This document shows, one piece after another, positions 13,089-27,795 of a DNA stretch of 64,000 nucleotides. Positions within the stretch are counted from its first letter, which is position 1, and each line of letters starts with the position of its first letter. Under the pieces are notes generated by a model. That model was given only the letters and a program-made list of their open reading frames with translations. It was not told the origin of the DNA and ran no database searches. The position numbers and the translations under genes are program-made. Source of the stretch: Octopus sinensis (lineage: Eukaryota); contig NC_043002.1 of the NCBI RefSeq assembly GCF_006345805.1, forward strand, positions 80,786,001 to 80,850,000. The letters run 5' to 3'.

Positions 13089-14018
13089 ATTGATCTACAA
13101 TCGAATTACTAAAATAAGAAAAATATTGACATTATAGACGGAGATTTAATCACATCAAACAATATTTGCATCACCCAAGGATATTTAACTATAAAAGGAA
13201 AACATCATAGAAATATTTATAACTGTATCAAACAACAAAATATTAGTTTCACTTGAACGAAATGAAGAACACTGCAGATTTATGGACACATGAAAAACGG
13301 ATGTCCTGAATTCATGTATTTCCCATGTGCATATCTTTATATCTCTGATGTAGTAGTGAAACAGATTCATCAGGGAATTGAAATAGAAATAATATCAGTG
13401 GTTCCTTAAAAAGGGATTTACTTGTTACTATATTCTGTATAGAAAGGGATCAGCTGGAGGGTCGAATGCTAGATTCAGACAACATATATTTTACATTTAC
13501 TAAGGTAGAGAAGAATCAGAGCCTATGTAATCCTTGTTGAACCGGTTAAGACGATGTTGGTGATGTTCAGTTTCTCTATTTCTGAATCAAAGTCTTCAGA
13601 ATAAACGTACATGAGAACAATAAGGGACATGTATGTAGTTACTCTTCTATAGAGCATCTATATAGTTGCATTCTTCCATAGAGGCAAAACGACGCACTAG
13701 ACAGTCCTGGATACACGGATAAAAGACGGGATGAGAACTTAGATAAATCTCTTATATCACGGTTTACAAGAGCCTGAAAAACAACAGCAAAACAACGTGA
13801 GCGGAGTTAGATTTCAGGGAACCGTCTTGTAGTAGGGAAACTGAACAAGCTGCTAGAACGGATATGGTGGTGAGACAGACCATGAATGACAAAAAGAGAT
13901 GCACTAAATATTTCAATTAAACTGCCGAGCCAGCGATATGCGGTTAGCTATTTCATTGGATCAGAAGAATTTTGGAAACATAACAGACAGAAACAGTTCT
14001 GTATGAACATACGGTAAG

Positions 14019-14125
14019 TATATGGGCTAACAGTACGGATGTGAGCTACCAGCACGTGTATGGGCTTAGATTATGTATGTGAGCTAGCATTGCGTATATG
14101 GGCTAACAGTACTTATATGGGTCCT
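14019..14125 (+). repeat. Degenerate ~20-bp minisatellite
   Basis: tatatgggctaacagtac, atgtgagcta and tatgggct recur at about 20-nt spacing. Confidence 0.6.
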
Positions 14126-14340
14126 GATAGCTTAACATTAACAGCACCTTTAAGGTCATAAATTAGTGCGTCATGGATACCTTCAAGCATTTCTATGTGC
14201 AAAACGCTTGTGTCTTTGCGTGAAGAGCAACAGCGCTGCAAAAGTATATTCAAGGTCTCAAGAGAAAGTTTTGCATTTGAGATGAATATTTGGTAATGTT
14301 GAAAATCTATGGTTGCCATGAAAACTATGAAATGTTATTG

Positions 14341-14791
14341 GTGTAAGAGTGGCTGTGTGGTAAGTAAGTTGCTTACCAACCACATGGTTTCGGATTCATT
14401 CCCACTGCGTGGCACCTTGGGCAAGTGTCTTCTACTATAGCCTCGGACCGACCAAAGCCTTGTGAGTAGATTTCGTAGACGCAAACTGAATGAAGCCCGT
14501 CGTATATATATATATATATATATATGCATATATATATATGTGTGTGTGTATGTACTTGTGTGTATGTACATGTGTGTATCTACATGTGTGTTTATGTTTG
14601 TCCCCCCCCCCCCCAACATCTCTTGACAAACGATGCTGGTGTGTTTACGTCCCCGTAACTTAGCGTTTCGGCAAAATAGACCGATAGAATAAGTACTAAG
14701 CTTACAAAGAATAAGTCCTGGGGGTCGATTAGCTCGACTAAAGGCGGTGCTCCAGCATGGCCACAGTCAAATGACTAAAACAAGTAAAAGA
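14341..14791 (+). mobile_element. Near-complete SINE family B (tRNA head, CORE-like block, internal microsatellite, 3' domain)
   Basis: gtggctgtgtggtaag…cggattcattcccactgcgtggcaccttgggcaagtgtcttc… (TA)n(TG)n …gacaaacgatgctggtgtgtttacgtccccgtaacttagcg…gtcaaatgactaaaacaagtaaaaga. Confidence 0.93.
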
Positions 14792-16550
14792 CCAAATGAG
14801 CAAATGTCTTAATTTTGTTGTTTCGTACTAAATTGTAAGTAAACCGTTTCTATGATAGATATAATGACCTTGTCCTGTTGCTGATGCTGAAGGAATCCAT
14901 TGGGGGATGTTTTTTATTTTTGAGTTCTCTGTTCATAGGACAAAATTAATCCACTACCTTCTAATGCTAGTCTCGTACAAAGCTCAGGTAAGAACTACAA
15001 ACAAATTTTGTTCCTAAATTTAGAATGGTTAGAATCACAAAGATATTCTACACAACATCTGCTCTAATTGCAGTCCCACTCACTTATATGAATTCTCTTT
15101 CTCGAAGCACTACAATTTCTGAACCACAAAACTACTGTGCCGTTTATTTGCCTCTTCTTTGGCTGCTACAATAACCACCTCTAATATTCCCGTGACATCT
15201 CCACTTAAACATTCCCGATCCAAGATCTACCTCTTTCATTCAATCATACAGTGTGTAAAGCAGGCTCAAGGCTAATCACTATGTCCAGTCCATTCTCGTC
15301 GCCTGCAGCCCTTGTGGTATTCGCTCTCATCTCATAGTTCTCAATACAATCAAAGTGAATGAGCAGCTAAACTTTAGATTTATATAACTTGATTAAATAA
15401 TATCAATGAATACTAATTCTAGATCAGATTTTAGACACAAAAGACGATATGATGTCTAAGTGGGCGGAAGGAAACAATTATAAATTGTTTTATTAATTGT
15501 TTTATAAAGTATGAATTAAGAGAGTGATAAAATATTTAAGGCAGGGATAATTAAAAGTCTCATTAGAAATAATTATTTGGCGAGGGGAAAAACTTATATA
15601 AACGACTTTGTTATTGAAAACTAAACAATATTTTATTTACCAAATTAAAGATGAAATTATTATTTAGTATATGTATATGGGAGAGTTCTTTTGTTAACGC
15701 AATGTAATAGAACAGCTGTTAAAATAAGAACGTGCGAGATACCAAGTTATTGTTAATATATGTTACATATGTTGACACTGGGGACAATAAAAACGATATT
15801 TATGCGGCGAAGAAAAATACAATAATCAATTCGATCAAGGACTTACAGTATTTTTATGAAAAGAATTAATTTAAAGCGTTATTCTTTTCACTGTAAATTG
15901 TCTATTGTTTTCCATTTGAAGAGATATTGTGTATATTCTTTTAATCTTTTAATCTTTTAACAGGTGAGACTGCATCCATGATCTGTTATAGAGTCTCCCA
16001 GATTGTTTGAAGGGAAGAAGGAAGCCATCCTCAAATCAAAACATTGTCTGAATGCTTGTAACAGAGTGCATTCTGTTGGAGACGCCCAAGCAGCCAGGTG
16101 TGTCAAATCGGGTGACGGATTAAGAATAACATTCAAGTAGGCCATGGCGGGATTTGAACTAAGGTCACAAATAGCTGGAACAACTACTGCAAGGCACCCG
16201 ATATGATGTTGTTATAGTTCCGTCAATCCACTGTAGGAGATATTTGTATTTTGCATCGACGTCTAAAAATGAGAGGCAGTGTTCACTTTTGTGAGGTTTA
16301 AACTCATAGCGTATAGATTCGGAAAAAATACCGCGAAGCACTTTATCCAATGCTCTAACGACTCAGCTAATTTCCTGGAAGTAGGATGCTGAAAATATAG
16401 AGCCGATGTTTTGGCCATACTGAGCCCAGGAATTGGACACACGACCTTATGATTGCGATTCCAAAATCCTAAGCACTAGGCCACGCGTCTTCATAAAAAT
16501 CTGATAAAGACAAAACTTAAATAAATTCCTTTGCCGCAAGGAAAAATAAA

Positions 16551-16590
16551 TGTCTAACGTTTCGGGTAAATCTGTTCATCAGTAAAAGAC
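16551..16590 (-). ncRNA. Degenerate hammerhead-like motif
   Basis: Minus strand: CUGAUGA-ACAGAUUUACCC-GAAACGUUAGACA. Core words and the ACGU palindrome are present but stem II does not pair. Confidence 0.35.
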
Positions 16591-16988
16591 ATAAAAGATT
16601 TTCTGATAGAAGCGATAAATTGGATTGCGTCACATTTTATACTAAACCTCAAAAGAAAAACGAAATTCCATCAACAACAAACCAAGCCCTGCTGGTGTCA
16701 GGAAACATATAATTTCCACTCTTCGCTTCGCATTATTTTGTCTGTATCTTTTTTGATTGTGGACTGAAGTCACTTACGCATGCATACCAGAAACCATGCC
16801 ATGAAGTATGAAGTTAATGTATAAAGTAACCGAATATAAATTGATAATGTAATCTAATTTATTTCTATATTTATTTATTTTATACTTTGTTTATTTACTG
16901 TGATGATTGGAAAATGTACTGAAAGAATGGTCACAGCAGAGTACACCTAGAAATACAAACAAAAATTATATATTACGTATGTGTGATT

Positions 16989-17078
<90 letters not shown>

Positions 17079-17460
17079 TATATGTAAAGAGAGAGAGATA
17101 CGTATATATACACATATATATGTATGTAGTATATATATATATATAATATATATATATATATAATATATATATATGATTGTGTGAATGCAAAGCTCCAAAA
17201 TAAAATATCTTCAATGTTGAACAACTAATAGTTCTGTTGAAAGTTTGGAAATAACGAGAGCACTGAGGAACTAAAAAAATAAATCAAAGCAGTTTGATTT
17301 AGAAATTCAAATTTGTGTTTATTTATTTCGTTTTATGTGACAATCATCGCATTTGATGTCAAGTTGGTGATGTTTAGAAGCAGGCAAACCCAAAAAGAAC
17401 CAACGCATAAACAAGTATATATGTATATACTAACCTAAATGTATATAAACTTACATATTA

Positions 17461-17542
<82 letters not shown>

Positions 17543-17741
17543 TTGCGTTGAGAGAGATGTTGGCATTGATATATATACATACAAACTTAAACAACATACA
17601 TACTTATAAAAGAATCACAGGTAGACATACACACATACATATATATTTATATTTACATTCAGTGTTTTATATCATACCTTCACGTGTAAATATAATTACA
17701 TATTACGAGAATTGCTTCAAAACAAACGCATACAAGCATCA

Positions 17742-17788
<47 letters not shown>

Positions 17789-17824
17789 ATATAGTACATA
17801 TATAATATATATATATATATATAT

Positions 17825-17862
<38 letters not shown>

Positions 17863-17902
17863 GTATATATACATATATCATAAGCATATATATATGTATA
17901 GG

Positions 17903-17934
<32 letters not shown>

Positions 17935-18117
17935 CAAAAATATATCTAGAGGAAACCTTATGTGGTTTGTATGTGTGTTAGATATATATATATATATAAT
18001 ATATATATAGATATATATATATATATTATATATATATATATATATAATATATAATATATACACATATGGTAACATTTATATGTATATATACATGTCTGTG
18101 TGTATGCATATATTATA

Positions 18118-18160
<43 letters not shown>

Positions 18161-18559
18161 TATCTTATATAATATCGGATCATGCAATATTGTGACATCT
18201 CTGTAGTCACACGTGTTGCAATCACGTAATTAGAAACAGTGTTAATAGCGTTGTTAATTACAGTAGTAGTAGTAGTAGTGTTGGTGGTGGTTGTGATGTC
18301 TGTGTTTGCGGAGGTTGGTGCTGGTCATAGCGTTGTTGCCTTTGTTGCTCTTGTTGATGTTCGCGTTAGCGTTGTTGTTCTTATTGACGTACCGGTACCT
18401 AACTTATGATGAAAGGTTCTCTAGTCTTTATATTTGGCAAAGGCTACCAAGGACTACACTGTTATGTATGTAGATTTTGATTTTTGCTATAATGACAGCC
18501 GTTTCCGTTTTGAGTATGACAGCAGCTATTTCAAACAATTTATACAGGTGCTCCCTTTT

Positions 18560-18590
<31 letters not shown>

Positions 18591-18790
18591 CGTCACTGCA
18601 ACAGCAACGGTGGGAGCTTGTTGATAGAAAAAGCCCGCGCACCGATTCATATATTTGTTTGGTATTTTTCATTCTTAATATTCTATATTAAATCCAAAAT
18701 GATTCCGTGTATATATATTTATTTACATACCTGTTGACGGTATGTCACAGTAAGTCATAAAACTGCTGTATTATATCTATCTATCTATCC

Positions 18791-18825
<35 letters not shown>

Positions 18826-19326
18826 ATAATATATATATATATATATACACATATATATGTATACATATATATGTATATGTATACAATATATGGGTGCGTA
18901 TGTGTATATACATGCATATAAACAAAAATATAGTTCATAGATAGCTAGATAGCTAGATACATACATACATCCGTACACACATATATGTATATATATGCAT
19001 AGACAGATGGAGGGATAGATATTGAAATATGAATATATGTAAGTACGTATGTATAGAAATATAAATATATGCATTCATGCGTTCATGGATGTGTGTAGGA
19101 ATGGATAGATGTATACATATAGAAATATATATGTGTGTCTTTGCAGGTATATATATATATATATATGTATATATATTATAATGTAAAATAATTATATATA
19201 TAATATATATAATATAGGGGGAGGTGCACGTGTGCGTGTGAGTATGTTATTGTGTGTATATGTATATATATATATGCATATATATACATTTATATACGTA
19301 TATATTATTATATACAATATATTTAT

Positions 19327-19365
<39 letters not shown>

Positions 19366-19727
19366 CATATATACATATATATTTATATATATATACATAT
19401 ATATATATATATACATGCATATGCATATAAATAAATATATATGCATGGGTATAAATATGTGTGTGTATATATAGTCATGGGCACATACATATCTATGCAG
19501 TTCTATAATTTTTAATGTATATACATTTTTATCTCCCCCCGCTCGCGTGCGTGTGTGTGTATGTATGTATGCATATTCATATGTACATGGATGTATGTGT
19601 GCTTCGCGGAATTTGCGTTTATATGTGCGGGTGTGTAAGTTCATCAAGGTTTTCATTCATGCGTAGCGAATTATTCAGAAAGATGAAAGGAAAAGGAATT
19701 GGTATTTATTTTTACTGCTACTGTTAT

Positions 19728-19739
19728 GATCATCATCAC

Positions 19740-19784
<45 letters not shown>

Positions 19785-19791
19785 CATCATC

Positions 19792-19826
<35 letters not shown>

Positions 19827-19979
19827 TATTGTTTTGTAAATTTTTCTAGATATTTATATATTTTATGACTTTATATATTCATTTTACTTTCATTCATTCT
19901 TTATTCATATTTTTACTATATTTTATACAATTATTATTATTATTATTATTATTACTATTATTATTATTATTATTATTAC

Positions 19980-20013
<34 letters not shown>

Positions 20014-20029
20014 GTTATTATTATTATTA

Positions 20030-20077
<48 letters not shown>

Positions 20078-20191
20078 TTTGAATCTATCGTTTTGATCTC
20101 TTTTACGACGCCATACCAATTATGAAAGCCATTATACACACTTAACTGAACTGTTAGATTATCTTTGTAAGAAATTAAACATTTCAACAGC

Positions 20192-20237
<46 letters not shown>

Positions 20238-20238
20238 T
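19728..20238. repeat. Trinucleotide tracts: (TAT)n/(CAT)n, long (TTA)n at 19929-20076, (TAA)n at 20190-20238
   Basis: Seen directly; source of the poly-L and poly-N ORFs. Confidence 0.97.
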
Positions 20239-20386
20239 GATCGAATAAATACACTAAAAGAAATAGAGAGCAAAACAGGAAAAAAATCACAGAAATCAAT
20301 AAATTCTGTTTTAAACAATAAATTCTAAATATAATGAAAGAAATTAAATGAAGGCCGAAATATTTATCGCAATGAGAATATGTATA

Positions 20387-20427
<41 letters not shown>

Positions 20428-20474
20428 AGCTATATTCATATATCTATGTACGTTCATATAAATATATAATATAT

Positions 20475-20534
<60 letters not shown>

Positions 20535-20617
20535 CATACACACCATAGTTATAATACATATGTATGAGTGTTTGAGGTTATGTGTGTGGGTGTCCATCTG
20601 TGTTTTTGAGAATAAAG

Positions 20618-20660
<43 letters not shown>

Positions 20661-21010
20661 TTTATACACCATATGTGTCTATTTGTCTAAATTCCACTTC
20701 TTTATATTCAATTATTGTTTAATCGTTTTTGTTACTCTCTCTGTATGTATTCACTTATATTATACCTACTTGTTGCATATTTGTCGATGTTTCTTATATT
20801 TACAGACATATTTTGCTTTCTGCCTATTTCTATGTGTCTATTTCAATTTCTATATGTATATATCTACTTGTCTATCTGCTTCTGTATCTATATATTTATC
20901 GTTATGCTACCTATGTATCTACCCCTAGCCATATGTTTAACAAGTACTTTACCTATCCTTCTAGCTTTTTCTCAAAGTATCTATATTCATATATGGTACT
21001 GTTTATATAT

Positions 21011-21056
<46 letters not shown>

Positions 21057-21486
21057 ATATATATATATATGTTATGTATGTATTTATGTATATGTATGTG
21101 TGTGAATGTATATAGACCCGTATATATATATGTATATATATGTAACTATATATGCGTACATGAACATCTATTAATATAGGTATCTATGTATTTATGCATG
21201 CATGCGTGTACTACGCACGTATGCATGTATGTGTGTATTCATATATGCAGGTGTAGGTGGATTCATGACTGGACGTGTGTACATATATATTCTCATGAAT
21301 TAATGTAAATGAATTTTTGGAAATATTTGTTAATTTTTACATATTTTCTTTTTCATGTAGCAATTAGCATTCGAGTAGTGAATACATTGTAAGTTACTCG
21401 TGAGTTAAATTTTTCTATAAATATATGTATGCATGTATGTCTGTATGTATGTATATATTTATGCTTGAGTAAGTATACACACACAC

Positions 21487-21647
<161 letters not shown>

Positions 21648-23384
21648 TGTAAGATGTGTGTATATATACACAGAGAGAGGGAATGAGAGCGAGATAGATA
21701 GATAGATACATACATACGTACATACATACATACTCATATAATACATATATAGAAAAAAAATTATGTACGTATACCTACAAGTAGACAGGTAGATTTAGAT
21801 AGATTTGAAATGAACTTGCTAATAATATAATATAATTAATAACATCAATCTACAAAACATTGCTTTGTTATTTATAACTAAGAAGAATTTGTATTTTGTC
21901 TACTCTCTAACCACTTTATTGATAGTGACTTGGACAACTTTAACAAAAGGAAATTCGTGATTGAAAATCGAATCTCTTGGCCCTTAGGATATTTACATAT
22001 ATTTTCATGAATTGATTATTAAAGGTTCTTTAATTACTGCAAGATGATCTAAAATGGAAAAACATCTTTCGTCGAACATGTGCCGAGTATAAAAATACTT
22101 TGAAAAATTCCTAATAAAACGCATCTTATCAACGTGCCGTTGTATGTTTATTATTATTTATTATATATTCAGTAATCCTATTTTGGAGAAGAAGCAGAGC
22201 CCAGAATTTACAGTGTTTTGATTCGTCTTACAATTTTCTTCTATGACAAAACATTTTAGAATTACTTTGCTTATTAATCTCCTGGAATAAATTAGTATTT
22301 GTTACTATTTTGAAATTGCCCTTCCAATATACTATATTAATTCTCTTGCGAATGGTATCCTTCTGACTGGAAGGGGAAAAGAATTATGCGTTTATATATG
22401 TACTAATATGATACGTACTTCCAATGGTCAAATGTTCTTTTATGGTCAGTGAAGAAAATAAGATTAAACGTATGTTAGGTTCTTTTGATTGCAAACATCC
22501 TCTTGGCTTGAAACAATATATGTTTTCTTACTTGGTCATCTTCAAGGATAATCAATGACTAGCGTGATGACTTTATTTAAAGTGAAGAATTGTTGCGCAC
22601 CGTCAACCCTACTCTTTCGACTGTGACTGTCTTCAATCTAGTGGCGGACCAGATCAAGACGAATGGGGCTGGAGACGTATATAGTGGATAACCAAAATGA
22701 TTTGCTTGCTTCATCTTGCTCTCTACAATGCACAATGCTTTGCTACAACCGCCTTCTACTCGCTGAAGCATGAAAGTATCTTCCACTTTATCTGCCGGAT
22801 TGAGTCAGGGTAAATCTATTTGAGGAAGCGAAAGTTATCCATTAAAATAATCATTTCAGTCCAAATATGAAAACATTATTTTTCTGGATGAAAGCAAAGA
22901 TAACTGTGATTCATCTGGATTTTGAGATATTATCAAATTTGAACTTCGAAGGCATATTATTGAAGTTGATACTTCGAAGTCTGTGCACTGAAATGAATTT
23001 TTTCAAGTTAGAAGATTACTTCTGAAAGTGGTAAACTGAACCATGTTTGAATTTTAAAATATATAACATAATATTACGACTTCATGTTTGCTTATTTAGG
23101 CATGTTCCGACACAAAGAAAATATTTTATTAGTATAGTAAGTAGTACGAAGTAGAAGGAACAGAGGATCATTGAAAAGAAGTTTGAGAAGTAATAGTATT
23201 CTTAAAAAATCAACAAATAGTTCCATCACTTTGGAGGAGGAAGATAAGTTGAATCACGGAAGAAGAATGTATGAAGTTGTGGGGAAACATTCATTATTGG
23301 ACACCATCACGATAACAAAAATGTTGATGTGATGGCATTAAAATAGTTGGAATTTACCTCGTTCCCAAACGTCCTTATCCTTAC

Positions 23385-23435
23385 CCAGGTCTTCATCACA
23401 CAAGTAGGAAGAAACCCTCCATGGATTCCTTCCAT

Positions 23436-23475
<40 letters not shown>

Positions 23476-23885
23476 CCAGTCGTAGCTATGTAGACCACCA
23501 TGTAGCGGGTGAGATTGTCTCGCCATTTTGTTTTTGATCGGCCTCTTAATCTTGTCCATTAACTTGGTATTCAATCTGTCACCCTGATTGTCGATCTTTT
23601 ATTCTTCAGTCTCACGATGTGGCCAGCGTATCCATATTTGTCCTCCTTGACAGTTTTTATGATGTTGTCGACTTGTGTGTGCTGTCGACTTTAGTTAGTT
23701 TACTTGTCCCGCAATGTGATGCCAAGCACGATTTGTTCCATTTTCCGTTGGGCTACATTGAAGGCATTCAAGGTGATAGTATTGTTAGTGCATGTTTTAC
23801 ATTCGTAAATCATAACTGGTTGATGTACATGTTGAAGACTTTTCTTTTGATTTTTATGAGAAAATCATTAGAATTCTCATGAGGG
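23385..23885 (-). mobile_element. Decayed 3' fragment of an RTE-clade non-LTR retrotransposon
   Basis: Minus-strand stitched translation KRKVFNMYI.PVMIYECKT…AQRKMEQIVLGITLRDK…QHTQVDNIIKTVKEDKYGYAGHIVRL…RGRSKTKWRD resembles the RTE RT C-terminus. Confidence 0.85.
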
Positions 23886-23901
23886 TTTCCATCTTCCCAA
23901 A

Positions 23902-24454
23902 GGCCGCCCGCGAAATTTTTTCCCACAAGAGTTCCGGTCCCCAGTAATTAACTCATTTGCTATACAGCCAATCAGAGCTCACCTTGACCTTGTTGTCAAG
24001 TTAAGAAACACACTCTACTAAGTAAACGCAAGACAAAGAACAGTGTTGTATGTTATGCTTCATTTTGTAAGGAGACAGGTAATTAGATTTGTATCTATAC
24101 CTATTATGGGATTTTGTTAGGGTCCCAATTGGTAAAGATGAGGATGGGAAAAATGTGGGTAGAGGGTGATATGCTAGCAACCCTCTTCCCTTACTGTTTT
24201 AGAAAGTAAACAACGACACAAATAACTACGCAGAGGCAGCCATGGTTGAAAGAAGAACTACAAAACAAAAAAAGAAGCATTATCAAAATAGAAAAGAAGC
24301 ATGGTCATTCTTTACCCAAGTGACCTTGTTTTATCGCCCATCACTTTATATATGCTCATAAATTAGTTTGATAGCTGAGCTCTGATGGCTGTATGCAAAT
24401 GAGTTTATAACTAGGGTCCGGAACTCTCGTGGGAAAACATTTCGCAGGCCGCCC
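23902..24454. mobile_element. MITE-like element with ~75-80 bp imperfect TIRs
   Basis: gcgaaattttttcccacaagagttccggtccccagt…cagagctca (to 23981) is inverse to tgagctctg…tagggtccggaactctcgtgggaaaacatttcgc (from 24376). Confidence 0.8.
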
Positions 24455-24659
24455 AACCAATCACTATTCCTCTCTTGAATTCTGGGAGATTTCCGACTTT
24501 AGTCCACCTCTTACCCAAGTAAATGCCTTCTATTTAAATGTCATGCATTCTACGTCTTCTGTGGTCGTGTCTTTACGGTGACAGGTGTTGGGGTAGCTAA
24601 TTTCGGGCCTTATGCCTAGACTAGAAAAGAATAATGGTAAGTAGGGTTGAGAACGAGAT

Positions 24660-25099
24660 AACGTAAAGACAGACGAAATACCTATTTCTTTACTACTCAC
24701 AAAGGGCTAAACACAGAGTGGACAAACAAGGACAGACAAGCGGATTAAGTCGATTATATCGACCCCAGTGCGTAACTGGTACTTATTTAATCGAACCTGA
24801 AAGAATGAAAGACAAAGTCAACATCGGCGGAATTTAACCTCAGAACGTAGCGGCAGACGAAATACCTATTTCTTTACTACCTACAAGTAATTAAACACAG
24901 AGAGGACAAACAAGGACAGACAAACGGATTAAGTCGATTATATCGACCCAGTGCGTAAACGGTACTTATTTAATCGACCCCCAAAGGATAAAAGGCAAAG
25001 TCGATCTCGGCGGAATTTGAACTCAGAAAGTAGCGGCAGACGAAATACCGGTACGCATTTCACCCGGCGCGCTATTTTTTCTGCCAGCTTGCCGCCTTC
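24660..25099 (-). mobile_element. Multimeric SINE family A (head, core+tail, core+tail, partial core)
   Basis: The internal core is repeated after the tail through the junction gtaaagaaataggtatttcgtctg (minus strand). Confidence 0.9.
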
Positions 25100-26154
25100 G
25101 TACTTAACATTATTAAATAATTAATATGCCATAGAAGAACCATAGAAGAAACCTTTCTCCCTCATATCACTGCTTCAAATTTTATTAAAGACTGAAAACA
25201 CAGACAACGTAATTCTAAACACACAACTTTTGAGATATGGCAGAACCATAACTGGAAATTCTTTGATTTCAGGTTTGTCTACTCTATTACAGTTCAGCAA
25301 GAGTCAAACAGCAGATATAGCAGCTAACTAAATAATAGATAGTCAGTAAATATCTTATGTGCAAACTAGTTCTAGCACAATAAATATGAATTTTTCATAA
25401 AGGAAAAAAGAACAGCTAAACTACACAGAAATTTAATCGAACGTACCGAATATCTGCATTTATTGAAATCGATCCTGTAAGCTAACAAATTACAAATCAA
25501 TTAATCAAGGCTTCAATACTACACCAATGTCGCTAATTATAATTTGTTGAGTAATATTTTACTACGATTTGTTTGAGTGTGTGTGGGTGTATGTATCAGT
25601 GTTGCATAGCACTGTTTCAGTTTGCTTTTCTTTATAACCAGATTCTCTTAGGTCAATATTTGCCTCTGGACTACGTAAGTTGAAATGGAGAATTGATATT
25701 CACTTTGAATTAATAGGAGGAGAATAGTTTTACTGTATGGCGCCTCTCGTCTTCAGGTGGTTACTTCCGTGATTTAATAGTACTAATTATTAGTTTTTAT
25801 TTCAATTATATGATTCTAACTTTTTTTTCCATAGTCACTTCATTTCTAACATTTATAAATTTTTTTTCCAGAGTCACTTCGTTTCATGAGGGCGAAAACA
25901 TTGTATTGCTGTCTATGTTGCAGATTTGCAGGCATGTGGTTAATAAACAGATTTTTAAACTTGCTCTGAGCATACACGCTAAAGTCAATCCACAGAGCTC
26001 ACATTCTCGTACGTAGAAATAAACTGGAGTACTGGAAGTACGCAGGGTCAAACTTATACCGCTATATAGCCAGTCACACAGATATTTTCACAAAGTATTT
26101 CTGACTACGATCTCGAAAGTATTAGGGTAAGTTTGGTTTATCCAGAACATATTA

Positions 26155-26317
26155 CCGTATTTTAACGTGTATAACCTTTGGGGGGGGGGGTCAAAGATTA
26201 GGTTAAACAATATAGGAGTTTCTTATACATGGATAGTATTGTCATCCCTTACATATCCTTTTTTCCAAATTTTAAGCTCCCCAAATTAGAGAGTTCTTTA
26301 TACACGTTAAAATACGG
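26155..26317. mobile_element. Tc1/mariner-superfamily (Tc2/pogo-like) MITE, 163 bp
   Basis: Perfect 20-bp TIRs CCGTATTTTAACGTGTATAA / TTATACACGTTAAAATACGG, flanked by TA on both sides. Confidence 0.85.
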
Positions 26318-26372
26318 TACATATGCTGAACACTTATACTTTGTCTTCGACGGGGGATTTCGTCATATATAT

Positions 26373-26406
<34 letters not shown>

Positions 26407-26475
26407 CTTTATATATATATATATACTTTATATATATATATTGATAAAAAGTCATATATATATATATATATATAT

Positions 26476-26670
26476 GTGTCTATGTCTCTACCCCAATTAT
26501 CGCTTGACAACCGATGCTGGTGTGTTTACATCCCCGTAACATGGTGGTTCGGCAAAAGGGACCGATAGAATAAGTACCAGGCTTGCAAAGAATAAGTCCT
26601 GGGGTATATTTCTTCGGCTAAAAGGCATGGCCGCAGTCAAATGACTGGAACACGTAAAAGAATAAAAGAA
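26476..26670 (+). mobile_element. SINE family B, 3' half
   Basis: tcgcttgacaaccgatgctggtgtgtttacatccccgtaac…gtcaaatgactggaacacgtaaaaga. Confidence 0.9.
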
Positions 26671-27758
26671 TATTTACACACATATATGTTGCACTTTTAA
26701 CACGTCTATGAAGAGATATTCTTTCTCGCAAAAACCGAAGCATCATGAATACCTAAGGTACAGATACCTGAAGTATGCCGCACAGATAAGTGCAAGTGGC
26801 ATTTCTAAGAAGTATTTAATTCGATATTTTATTTTTTTATATTATACTGGGTTTGAAATCCGTTTTTCTATTATTCAGGTTTGTGGAAAGAAAGCACAAC
26901 AACTCATATTAGTTTTTGTTAGTTTGAGACCTCACAGGGTTTTACAAAGAACATTTGATGTGCTGAGGCGTAGGGATTATTCTTAGAAATAATATATTTC
27001 AACCAGGTACAATATTTATATTCTAAGCCTATTTTTAAACGATATCATCGAGATTAGAGTATGATTAGTATGATTTATTTTTATTGGGCAGATACTGGAC
27101 TGATGATGACCCAGCTCCAGTGTAATTATATTATGTCTTCGTATTCCAAAAATAGTTTAACATAAGGACAATATTACACGCAATACTGTGAAATCATGTG
27201 GCGTTAGATGAATATAAGTACAATACTATAAGAACAAAATGAATAATGAACCGCTGTAAAATAAATTCACTTTAGTTATATTAAAACAGAATAACTGCCT
27301 TTTAAATAGACAGCATAAAAAGGGAAGAACTACATCACCATTTAGCTTGATAGCAGAGTTGGTCAAAATAGACAGGGTTGTACAGATATAAGGATATATC
27401 GACATCTAATTGTCTAAGTATTATCTATATGTCTACGCTGAAATATATACATATTCATTACTTCTTTTATTCTTGAATTAAAAATTGCCATTAAAAACTA
27501 TTAATGACATTTTCTCATTTATTAGAAATAGCCCCGCGAAACATCTAACATCCTCAATTATTTTATATTCAAATTAGTTCTGAGTGATGTGTGGATTTAG
27601 AGTACGTGCGTCTGTGTGTGTATGTGTGTGTGTGAGTGTGTGTGTGTCTCTTCGTCCGTGTGCGCACGCGCGCGTATGCGTATATGTTGACATACGTAAA
27701 TGAGACGATAAAAGGAGAGCGTCATCGTGAAGTTAGGATAAAATAATCGAGAGGAAGT

Positions 27759-27795
<37 letters not shown>

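Noticed and set aside
14113-14319. Minus-strand ORF after a good acceptor (RCCSSRKDTSVLHIEMLEG…)
   Set aside because: No recognisable homology and no partner exon; it ends in a minisatellite.
22577-22800. Non-repetitive, relatively GC-rich stretch with open frames on both strands
   Set aside because: No recognisable protein family and weak splice sites.
27094-27121. CTGATGA enclosed by a 6-bp stem (actgga/tccagt)
   Set aside because: There is no GAAA or stem II for an HHR and no properly spaced C/D boxes.
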